A stretch of 64,000 bases of DNA, from positions 1 to 64,000 of IMG/VR virus record IMGVR_UViG_3300003086_000045. One strand, given 5' to 3'. The notes beneath the pieces are model-generated. The model had not been told where the DNA came from, made no database searches, and worked only from the letters and a program-made list of their open reading frames with translations. The DNA comes from an uncultured virus (IMG/VR IMGVR_UViG_3300003086_000045) (Duplodnaviria > Heunggongvirae > Uroviricota > Caudoviricetes > Demerecviridae). How positions within the stretch are numbered: the stretch's first letter is position 1; each line of letters starts with the position of its first letter. Made by a program: the position numbers and the translations under genes. Below are positions 19,125 through 27,697 of this stretch, piece after piece.

Positions 19125-20027
19125 ATGGGAAGAAAATTTAAGTTTGTAAAAAAGGACGGTACAGAACTATCTCCTAATAAACTGAAGAAATATATTAGAG
19201 GTGCTGATGGTACCTTAAGAGAAGCGTCTACTGCAGAAGTAGAAGCAGCTGCACTTACCGAACTGGTCTTTTCGGGGTCTAAATCAGATATCCGTAAAGG
19301 AGAAATGTCAGAACGTAATGTTACTGTACTACATAATAAAGTATTAGAAGTAGAAACATCTGTAGGTACTGAGGAAACTCGTGCAACAGCAGCAGAAGGA
19401 GTATTAACAGCTTCTATCTCTACTGAGGAATCAGCTAGAACTTCAGCTATTAATTCTACCAATGCTACATTAGCTGCGGAAACTACTGCTAGAACTAATG
19501 AAGATACAGCATTAGGCGGGAGACTTACTACTTTAGAAAATGCTCCTACTGTTGCTCCTATGACTAGTTCAACTATAGCTCCTACTTCTCCTACTGTTGG
19601 AGATACATGGTTCAGAACGGATACTAGTGTCTTGTATATGTATGTAAATGATGGGGATTCCCTTCAATGGATAGATATTAGTACAGACACATTAATGGCG
19701 GACTATGTTCCATATGCTACTTATACTCCAGCACAAGCTGCTCAAGATGTCCTAATTTCTAATTTATTAGCTGCTAATACAACTAATATAGCATCAATTG
19801 CTACTAATACTACTAATATTGCTACTGAGACTACTCGTGCTACAGCAGCAGAAGGTACTAATGCTACGGATATTAGTAACCTACAAAGTAGTAAGGCCAC
19901 AGTTTTTAATCAAAATACTGCACCTAGTACTGGGTTCTCCGCTGGAGATATATGGGTAGATACAGACGACGCTATTGTTTCAATAGCAGGCAATATTGCC
20001 GGATCACTAGAATGGATAGGAGTATAG
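19125..20027 (+). CDS. Fibre/adaptor protein (cassette G), paralog of the N-terminal half of 10858
   Basis: PNKLKKY...SG.KSD.R and GD.W..TDT.VLY.Y..DGDS.QWIDISTDTLMADYV shared with 10858. Confidence 0.75.
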   Translation: MGRKFKFVKKDGTELSPNKLKKYIRGADGTLREASTAEVEAAALTELVFSGSKSDIRKGEMSERNVTVLHNKVLEVETSVGTEETRATAAEGVLTASISTEESARTSAINSTNATLAAETTARTNEDTALGGRLTTLENAPTVAPMTSSTIAPTSPTVGDTWFRTDTSVLYMYVNDGDSLQWIDISTDTLMADYVPYATYTPAQAAQDVLISNLLAANTTNIASIATNTTNIATETTRATAAEGTNATDISNLQSSKATVFNQNTAPSTGFSAGDIWVDTDDAIVSIAGNIAGSLEWIGV

Positions 20028-20030
20028 GAG

Positions 20031-20396
20031 ATGGCATTTTTTAATTTTAGAAACTTTATTCAAAAGAAAGTTAGAACACATAAAAGTACATTTAATTTTG
20101 TAACAAAATCGGCAGATGATGTAGTAGACTTTGGAGAAACCGCGTATAAGTTTGATGGTAAACGGTGGCTTAAATCGGAAGATGAAGATGAGATAAGTAT
20201 TACTGATGCAGTAAATATAGATGACTCCACAACTTACGCGTCTGCTAAGGCTGTGAAGACTCTAAACGATAGTAAAGCTAATACAGATCTTAGCAACGTA
20301 TCTAGTCCATTACCAGCTGCTGTAGTTACTGAGTTAAAAGGTGATGTAGGTGCAACATTTGTTATGGATGGCACTACACTTAATATTACTACGTAA
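20031..20396 (+). CDS. Short fibre adaptor
   Basis: YKFDGKRW, ASAKAVKTLND, KANTDLSNV..PLPAAVVTELKGD, ends FVMDGTTLNITT. Confidence 0.7.
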   Translation: MAFFNFRNFIQKKVRTHKSTFNFVTKSADDVVDFGETAYKFDGKRWLKSEDEDEISITDAVNIDDSTTYASAKAVKTLNDSKANTDLSNVSSPLPAAVVTELKGDVGATFVMDGTTLNITT

Positions 20397-20405
20397 GGAA
20401 ACAAC

Positions 20406-21137
20406 ATGCCAACACAGAGTATAGATTTAACTAACGTAGCAGACGCTACTTTTAATGGCTCAACTGTTGAGCAGATTAACTTGAACGGTAGCGGCATTTG
20501 GACGAAGCCAGTAGTTTCGTTATGGAACATGTATTGGGATGAATCACGAGGAAATCCCGAAGTTGGTGGACCTGATGGTGTAGGTTTGTATAACCTTTCA
20601 CGCTCTGTAGCTGATACACCACATCCAATGTCAAATCGTTTCTATTCGCCAGATAGTAACGGGGCAATTGCTGACCGTGATGGAGTTGTCTATATAGGTC
20701 CGGCTAGAGAGATGGATCAAGGTACTGGAAGTATTGGTGAGGGAAATGAGTTGATACACGCTCAGTTTGTCTCAACAACTGTTCCTTTTTATGTAGCCCC
20801 GAACGCTAATCACTTTTATCATTACGGCGTATATCAGATTGCCCCTACAACTTACCACCATCCTGAGATTACTCCTTTTGCCACAGTGAGTCTTGCTGAT
20901 GGTATTCAGCCTATTGATGGGGGTGTTACAAGTGGGTCAGTTTCATGGCCCTGTACAGTATGTGTTGTGGTTGGTGCGTATGGTGTGTGCGACCAATATG
21001 CGGACACGACTTGTTACGGATCTTTTAGTATAACCCCAACTTTGCTAAGTATTGATGGACTACCTTTTTGGAGATTAGACCCTACAACTGGTCGGATGTA
21101 TTACAAGAACGCTGATTCATGGTGTTCAGTCGATTGA
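20406..21137 (+). CDS. Fibre-tip protein with a Cys-rich loop
   Basis: N-terminal FNGSTVEQINLNGSGIWTKPV resembles 13537; WPCTVCVVVGAYGVCDQYADTTCYG. Confidence 0.6.
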   Translation: MPTQSIDLTNVADATFNGSTVEQINLNGSGIWTKPVVSLWNMYWDESRGNPEVGGPDGVGLYNLSRSVADTPHPMSNRFYSPDSNGAIADRDGVVYIGPAREMDQGTGSIGEGNELIHAQFVSTTVPFYVAPNANHFYHYGVYQIAPTTYHHPEITPFATVSLADGIQPIDGGVTSGSVSWPCTVCVVVGAYGVCDQYADTTCYGSFSITPTLLSIDGLPFWRLDPTTGRMYYKNADSWCSVD

Positions 21138-21658
21138 TTCAAGTACAGGTAAATAATATATGCCGTAAGCATGAATATGGTAATAAAGATTTACAATACC
21201 AAGTAGGTCTTGATACTGTGTTGAAACATTTTGACATTCAAGGGGACATTTGTGGGGTATCCCACAATGGGAGCACTAAATATGATGTGTATTGTCTAGG
21301 TAAACCTACTGTGTCTCCAGTAGATTTAAGTCACATTATCACAGACCCTTTAGCGAAGGATTTAATAGCGTTTAAGATAGATTTAGAAGATAATTCTATT
21401 AGGACAAAGATATACCATATTGGCAATATATTTAAGATTCCATTTGATAAACCAATTGCGGGAACTGGTGTGTACGTAGGTGAGGACACTTTTACTGTGT
21501 ATTACCCAACAGACTATGAAGTACCTACCACTAACTACTACGATTTAATGACCCGTCAGGGCTTCTCAGCAACCACTTTTTATAGTGACGGCACAACTAG
21601 TGATGAGAGCATATATACTAATACAACTAAAGGGAGTGACACAGATGCCATTAACTAA
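21119..21658 (+). CDS. Hypothetical protein
   Basis: 179-aa ORF overlapping both neighbours. Confidence 0.5.
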   Translation: MVFSRLIQVQVNNICRKHEYGNKDLQYQVGLDTVLKHFDIQGDICGVSHNGSTKYDVYCLGKPTVSPVDLSHIITDPLAKDLIAFKIDLEDNSIRTKIYHIGNIFKIPFDKPIAGTGVYVGEDTFTVYYPTDYEVPTTNYYDLMTRQGFSATTFYSDGTTSDESIYTNTTKGSDTDAIN

Positions 21659-22241
21659 AATAACAAATAAAGATTACCTGAATCAACTAGTTTCTCTAGT
21701 ACCTCAGATATACAGCGAATACTTAGCTGCTGAAAGCACCTCTAATAGTACCAGTTTAAATGGTGGGATTCAAGGGTGGGACTTTACACAAGTGGTCATA
21801 GGGGGTTTGCCTTTAGCAAACCTTAACCTAATGCCAACACTTAAGACAGAGATAGAATCTTTTCCACCAAACATACACCCTGTAATGATATTAATATCTA
21901 CTATACGTGGTGGTGAATTATCTGAAGATAATGCACACAGTGAGGGATACCCAACAGGAATGCACAGATACCACATACCTCTAAAACTTTGCGAAGGTGT
22001 TGCACTGAATATCGAAGAATACGCAGATAGGTGGGAGCGATATACGTGGGAAGAAGGGTCTGTGTATGAATTTGAAAACCCTCAGAATACTCACTTTATT
22101 AGCCAGGGCGATGCACTAGAAGACAGAACTGTATTATTAGTTGACATTTTCGAAGATACACCGCCAACGCAAGAAGAACTAGATTTAATAAAACAGATAG
22201 CAGCCCCCTTCTTCAAGGATGGTGAAGATGTGTTTAGTTAG
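21645..22241 (+). CDS. Aspartyl/asparaginyl beta-hydroxylase-like 2OG oxygenase
   Basis: AHSE...RYHIPL...WEEG.VYEF....H....DRTVLLVD; start at MPLTK (GGGAG RBS). Confidence 0.72.
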   Translation: MPLTKITNKDYLNQLVSLVPQIYSEYLAAESTSNSTSLNGGIQGWDFTQVVIGGLPLANLNLMPTLKTEIESFPPNIHPVMILISTIRGGELSEDNAHSEGYPTGMHRYHIPLKLCEGVALNIEEYADRWERYTWEEGSVYEFENPQNTHFISQGDALEDRTVLLVDIFEDTPPTQEELDLIKQIAAPFFKDGEDVFS

Positions 22242-23139
22242 TTTCTCAAAAAACAAGACTTACACTTCAACACAAAAGATTGACAAGTTTGATGGCTCAC
22301 CTAAGTGGGGGTATATAGACATAACATCTAAATGTTCTCATGGATGTTCCTGGTGTTATGGGGGTTTTAATGAAGACTTAAATTCAGAGATGAGTATCAA
22401 TGACTTTAAGAATGTACTTGCCAAGTTAAAGGTGATGGGGTTACATCAGATTACTATTAGTGGCGGTGAACCCACTGAACACCCACACTTCTTAGAGATG
22501 GTAGCAGAGGCAACTAAAGACTTCATGGTGCATATTTGTTCGCATGGCGATTGGACCAAAGATTGGGCGAAAGACTTAGCAGTATTAGGTGTGAGTCAGA
22601 TTCAGTTTAACTATCAAGGCTCTAAACGACATGATGGTGTCCATAAAGTATTAGGATCTTACATGAAGCAAGTAAGAGCAATCAAGCAATCTATCGAGGC
22701 AGGACTAGAAACAGTCGGTACGGTGACTGTGGGTGCCTACAACTTAAAAGATGTAGATGTTATATTTAAAGAACTGTCAGATTTTGGCATTACTCGGTTA
22801 AGGGTATGGGAAACAGTTGGCAAGGGTAACAAGTGGCGTAAGGGTAAAGAAGCAAAAGAGATATTTGAATTATGTCAAGAGTCAGCATTTAAGTTAGGTT
22901 ACTTACACACACAATCCTATGATCCTGAGTTTAAAGCAGACAGTTTTGTATCTTGCCCTGCTATGAGCGAAATGCTTATGTATATTAATTCTGATTCTGA
23001 GTTGAGATTCTGTACTGCTATTGATATGCCTATTGCCTCATTTAAAGAAGATACATATCAAGTTATTCAAAACAAGTATTCAAAATTTATGAAAGACGTG
23101 GCAAGTAAAGGAAGTCGTTGTGTAGCTAGAGAAGAATGA
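22219..23139 (+). CDS. Radical SAM protein (twitch-type)
   Basis: CSHGCSWC, ISGGEPTEHP, C-terminal CPA...FC...C. Confidence 0.88.
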   Translation: MVKMCLVSFSKNKTYTSTQKIDKFDGSPKWGYIDITSKCSHGCSWCYGGFNEDLNSEMSINDFKNVLAKLKVMGLHQITISGGEPTEHPHFLEMVAEATKDFMVHICSHGDWTKDWAKDLAVLGVSQIQFNYQGSKRHDGVHKVLGSYMKQVRAIKQSIEAGLETVGTVTVGAYNLKDVDVIFKELSDFGITRLRVWETVGKGNKWRKGKEAKEIFELCQESAFKLGYLHTQSYDPEFKADSFVSCPAMSEMLMYINSDSELRFCTAIDMPIASFKEDTYQVIQNKYSKFMKDVASKGSRCVAREE

Positions 23140-23468
23140 TAGTAGCACTCACTTTTATTGTAATCGTTTCTACCCTATATACTTTGATTGGATGGGATAG
23201 AGTAGGCGATTGTATGAGGAAATGGTTCGATAAAGAGTATTGGACTGACTATAATATTATTGAGTTTCTAGCATGGTTTGCTAAAGCGTTAATAATAATA
23301 CCTGCATTGATATTTCATCAAGAGATATGGCAATTACATTTTGCAACATTAGTCACGTCATCATTACTCATTTGGGCATCCATGAGGAAGGGATTGCCTA
23401 CTCTGTTAGCCTTTAATACAATGTGGATTTTGTTGTCTTTGATTGTTATAACGAGGAATATAGCATGA
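23136..23468 (+). CDS. Small membrane protein
   Basis: 110 aa with 3-4 hydrophobic helices. Confidence 0.65.
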   Translation: MIVALTFIVIVSTLYTLIGWDRVGDCMRKWFDKEYWTDYNIIEFLAWFAKALIIIPALIFHQEIWQLHFATLVTSSLLIWASMRKGLPTLLAFNTMWILLSLIVITRNIA

Positions 23469-25042
23469 AGAATATCGTGATTGTAGGTGGTGGTGCAGCA
23501 GGATGGATGTGTGCATCTTACTTAGCATCTCGTAAGCAATATAATATTACTATTATTGAATCTCCGCAGGTGGGAAAAATAACGATTGGCGGTTCTACTA
23601 CTCCTTACTTAAAACGCTTCTTTGATGATATTGGTTACCCCGATGAATCCTACTGGATGCCTAAGTGTGACGGCACTTACAAGCTTGGCGTATTATATGA
23701 TGACTGGGATTATAAAGGCTCACGTTGGTGGAATAGTTTTGAAGTAGATGAAAACAAATTCCCCTACTGGAACAAACAGAGAGCTGAACAAGATTTACCC
23801 CGAGAAGATTTCTATAAGTCTTGTATATTCTCAGCACACGTTGGTATGAATGATGAAGGCAAGATTAATAAAACTAAAGATGGTAAAGCTGCTTATGTAT
23901 ACCGTGCTACTAAATCTTATGGTGGTTACGTTCAGACACACGCTTATAATTTAGATGCTGGAAAGCTTGGTGACTTTTTACAAGCACATTTCTCAGATAA
24001 GGTAACACATATTGAAGCACACATTGATAAGGTTATTCATAATGACGTGGGTGTCAGTGAGCTAATTGATGCTAATGGTGGAAAGCATACAGCAGACTTG
24101 TTTATCGATTGTACGGGCTTTAAACGCCTATTGATTGACAAAGTATGCGATACACCAAGAAAATCGCTAGAACCATATTTAACACACGATAAAGCTATGG
24201 TAATGCCAGTAGCTTATATTGATGCTCATAAAGAAATGAACCCACGTACTGGTGCAAAAGCAATGAGTGCTGGCTGGATGTGGAATATACCTCTATATAG
24301 TACGATGGTGAATGGCTATGTATATGACTCAAACTTCATAACTGATGAAGAGGTTGAAGCTGAAATGCGAGAAGTAATTGGTGATAGAGTTAAGGATATT
24401 AAGCCTTTTGTTATTCCTATGAATACCGGTCATTACTCAGAACCGTATTCAAAGAATGTAGTGGCTGTTGGCTTATCAGCAGGATTTATCGAACCGATGG
24501 AAGCCACACTAATAATGAATATCCAACACTCAGCTTATAATATTCATCAGGTATTGAATGAGAAAATGAGTAAGGATGTTTATAACGATATTACACGAGA
24601 GTCACTAGCCGACACACTAGACTTTCTATCAACTCAATATTATCTATCTCACAGAGAGGATTCAAAGTTTTGGAAGTCAAGAGGAAAAGCTACGCATATC
24701 ACTACACGTATGAAGTCTTGGCTGGAGACTTGTAAAAAGGCATTATTACCGCCTGTCAAAGATGTGTTATTTATTCCTAATTGTTGGATAGCTAAGTTAA
24801 TTGGTTACGGTTACTTTCCTTCTGGTGATGGTTTTGAAGCACAAGAGCCACAATCACTACCGACATTTAGTGGCACTAATTTTGAGCCACGCAATAAACA
24901 CAAGTACAAATATGTTGATGAGTTGAACGCTCAACAGCAGATGAATGAGATTCGCAACTTTGATACTAGTGTACTAATCAGCCAAAAAGAGTATTTAGAT
25001 AGATTTATTTATAAGTCATCTAAAGAGAAGTCCTCATCCTGA
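23465..25042 (+). CDS. Flavin-dependent tryptophan halogenase family protein
   Basis: IVIVGGGAAGW, C.GTYKLG, ADLFIDCTGF, GWMWNIPL (WxWxIP), GFIEPMEAT; start at MKNIV. Confidence 0.9.
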   Translation: MKNIVIVGGGAAGWMCASYLASRKQYNITIIESPQVGKITIGGSTTPYLKRFFDDIGYPDESYWMPKCDGTYKLGVLYDDWDYKGSRWWNSFEVDENKFPYWNKQRAEQDLPREDFYKSCIFSAHVGMNDEGKINKTKDGKAAYVYRATKSYGGYVQTHAYNLDAGKLGDFLQAHFSDKVTHIEAHIDKVIHNDVGVSELIDANGGKHTADLFIDCTGFKRLLIDKVCDTPRKSLEPYLTHDKAMVMPVAYIDAHKEMNPRTGAKAMSAGWMWNIPLYSTMVNGYVYDSNFITDEEVEAEMREVIGDRVKDIKPFVIPMNTGHYSEPYSKNVVAVGLSAGFIEPMEATLIMNIQHSAYNIHQVLNEKMSKDVYNDITRESLADTLDFLSTQYYLSHREDSKFWKSRGKATHITTRMKSWLETCKKALLPPVKDVLFIPNCWIAKLIGYGYFPSGDGFEAQEPQSLPTFSGTNFEPRNKHKYKYVDELNAQQQMNEIRNFDTSVLISQKEYLDRFIYKSSKEKSSS

Positions 25043-26163
25043 GAACTGTCTATAGCTGCCACATAGTTTACCGACTCAATCTCTTGAGGCGCACTCTTAA
25101 TGTGAGAACTATCTAAGTAGTTATCTACCCAAGGTAAAGGGTTATTCTTAATTTTCAATCCTAATTTACTAGGATCCATACCAATATTAGTCATTCTAAT
25201 AGCAAAGATGTAGTCCATGTACTCTTTTAAAATTGCTGCATTCATACCAATTAAAGGAGATCCCATGCTAAATAAGTGGTCTATCCATTCATTCTCTTCT
25301 GAATAAGCAGTACTAAATAACTCGTACATTTCATCTTCCATCTCTTCTGCTACTTCTACAAATCCTTCTTCTCTATCAGTCCTTAGGAGTTTAATTACTT
25401 TTTGGAATACGTCCAAGTGAATCATCTCATCCCTAGCAATAAGTTTAAATATATTACTAGAACCAGAGAAGAGTTTAACAGGTTGCTCGGAAAAAGACCA
25501 AGCTGTGACGAACGTAGCAAAAAATCGGATACCCTCAAACATATTGAGTACCATAGCACTCTTATAGATAGCCTTCTTTAGGTCGTTACCAGAAAGCAGA
25601 AAGGGTATAGTAGCATCATGCTCGGCACAAGCTATATTAGCTTGATACTTGTCTAGCGTATCTGTAGCGCTATCAAAAGTCCCTAATATAGATTCAGCTC
25701 TTTTCTGTACAAATTCGTCTTGTATAATAGACTCAATAAAAGTATCTACATCATTAAATATAGCCCTAACCATTTCAGTATAAGATTCTGAGTGTAATAA
25801 CTCGTTATTCTGATGATTAGTTAGGTACAACTCCCACTCAGGGTTATTACTAATACCACTATCATTGAATAGTTGTAACGGTCCTCTACCTGCACAACTA
25901 TCTAGTGCAATAGCAAATTTCAAACCATTTTCAAAGATGTGTCTACCGGCCTTATCAAGTGAATCAAAGTCTGCCTTCTCTTTACTTAAATCAATTTCAT
26001 TCTTAGACCAGTTACCAATTGCACGCATCTCTTCTGCAAACTCTAGAATCCAAGGATACTTAGGGTCGTGAAAAGTTTGTATATTTCTATTACTTACATT
26101 ATCCCCTAAGAATAATCGTGTTTCTTTGCTTTTTACGGTTGTTCCTAAATTAAATATCTTCAT
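25009..26163 (-). CDS. nrdB: Ribonucleotide reductase class Ia beta subunit
   Basis: W...EIDLSK, E..HS.SY, EGIRFF..F, IARDE..H, NPLPW, APQE.E...Y. Confidence 0.95.
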   Translation of the reverse strand: MKIFNLGTTVKSKETRLFLGDNVSNRNIQTFHDPKYPWILEFAEEMRAIGNWSKNEIDLSKEKADFDSLDKAGRHIFENGLKFAIALDSCAGRGPLQLFNDSGISNNPEWELYLTNHQNNELLHSESYTEMVRAIFNDVDTFIESIIQDEFVQKRAESILGTFDSATDTLDKYQANIACAEHDATIPFLLSGNDLKKAIYKSAMVLNMFEGIRFFATFVTAWSFSEQPVKLFSGSSNIFKLIARDEMIHLDVFQKVIKLLRTDREEGFVEVAEEMEDEMYELFSTAYSEENEWIDHLFSMGSPLIGMNAAILKEYMDYIFAIRMTNIGMDPSKLGLKIKNNPLPWVDNYLDSSHIKSAPQEIESVNYVAAIDSSQDEDFSLDDL

Positions 26164-26969
26164 CAGAATTCCTTCATTAGTGGGAATATTTTAGCAATCT
26201 CTTTAGCACACTTTTTTGCTACTTCAATATGCTCTAATTGTGTACCATTAGAACTTCTAAGTTCTATATAATGTACCCAACTTCTAAGTGTTCCATTCAT
26301 ATACATTCTAGACATTGTATTCCCCTCGGGTAATACTACTCTTGCCTGCTCCTTCGCTATATTATTATCAATAGCAAACTGATATGCTTGTGCTGCTGCT
26401 TTTATAACCATATCTTGTTGTATACGCCACATAGCAGCTAGACGTGTATCATCTACTTTTATGGAGTTCTGTCTATTTTTGGGATCCTGTATTCTTAGCT
26501 CCCTTTGCATAAACTGTAATTCTTTTGTAGGGTCAGCATATCTTTGACTAAACTCTTGGAAACTAAAACTTCTATGTCTTAGTATTTGTCTACCTATGTC
26601 TCTCGTTGTTTCAATTTCAATAGTAGCACTAACCATTTCTAGTGGGCTCCAATGCTTGTGCTTAATTAGATATTTAATTAGTTTTTCTGATGTATCTTTA
26701 TTGAATTGATTTTCGGGATTAGATACTCTAGCACAAAAAGCTATAAGTTCTTGTATATCCTTTACATCATTATCAAGCATATACTCACTGGGTTGAGAAT
26801 ATGATATAAGAGTAGCTTTAGTAACGCTATCCCCCGTATTTATAAGTCTAGTCGGCATTGAAGCTGATTGAGTATTAATATTCTGATTATCTTTAGGTAT
26901 CTTCATTTCGTCTGCTCCTTTTAAGTACATTGACCATTTTGATATAGCTTTATTTTTCTGTATCTTCAT
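26163..26969 (-). CDS. thyX: Flavin-dependent thymidylate synthase
   Basis: HWSPLE, RQILRHRSFSFQEFSQRY, EQAR.VLP. Confidence 0.95.
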   Translation of the reverse strand: MKIQKNKAISKWSMYLKGADEMKIPKDNQNINTQSASMPTRLINTGDSVTKATLISYSQPSEYMLDNDVKDIQELIAFCARVSNPENQFNKDTSEKLIKYLIKHKHWSPLEMVSATIEIETTRDIGRQILRHRSFSFQEFSQRYADPTKELQFMQRELRIQDPKNRQNSIKVDDTRLAAMWRIQQDMVIKAAAQAYQFAIDNNIAKEQARVVLPEGNTMSRMYMNGTLRSWVHYIELRSSNGTQLEHIEVAKKCAKEIAKIFPLMKEF

Positions 26970-27101
26970 TTTTCTTTTTATCCTCTAATACAGCTTTACC
27001 AAACAGTATTCCCATTTGATACTTCGCGTTGTCTAAGTCATTTATGTTTTTTGACTTCTCATACTTGCGTAAATATTTCTCTATCTTTTCTCTAAGCTTT
27101 T

Positions 27102-27683
27102 TCATATTTTCTTTCCTATTACGTTAAAATTACAGCTAATTGATACTCTATTAGAATTGCTTCTATTTATATTTACTTGGTGCGGTAAATTACCTGGAAA
27201 TACTCGTAATGCTCCAGTAGAAGGGGGTAAGTAATACCTATAGTCTATCGCAGGAGTATTAGTGCGTAATAACTGTGGTCCTCTAAATCTATCTAGTACT
27301 AAATCTCCTTGCTTTTCGTGTGCATCCACATAGTATACACACGATATATCATGTGTTGCATGAATATGAAATTCTTGAAAAGATCCAGGTTTTCCTACAT
27401 TAAAAAATGACTGTACTAATTCTACTTTATTATGTTCTAAAGATACTCCTATCTCTGTAACATAAGATTCTACTCTACTTTGTATTTCTTTAGCTAACTT
27501 TTCAAATATAGTATCAGATAGTAACTCTGAATTATTGCCAATACTAGTTTCCATGTTTGAGTCCCATCCTGGTGGCTCAAAATACTCTAGTTTCATAATA
27601 TACTCTAATAAATCTTTATTCTGTATATTCTGTATATTATCTAGTAATACAATAGTTGGCCACAGTGCTTGCATATTATACAT
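27102..27683 (-). CDS. 2OG-Fe(II) oxygenase (TIGR02466-like)
   Basis: HIH...ISCVYYV...FP..LPH.V..N.S...RVSISCN. Confidence 0.8.
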   Translation of the reverse strand: MYNMQALWPTIVLLDNIQNIQNKDLLEYIMKLEYFEPPGWDSNMETSIGNNSELLSDTIFEKLAKEIQSRVESYVTEIGVSLEHNKVELVQSFFNVGKPGSFQEFHIHATHDISCVYYVDAHEKQGDLVLDRFRGPQLLRTNTPAIDYRYYLPPSTGALRVFPGNLPHQVNINRSNSNRVSISCNFNVIGKKI

Positions 27684-27697
27684 TCTACTCTCCTTTG

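Noticed and set aside
1235..20396. Shufflon or diversity-generating retroelement acting on the fibres
   Set aside because: Repeats are direct, with no invertase, reverse transcriptase or adenine-specific TR/VR pair visible in the window.
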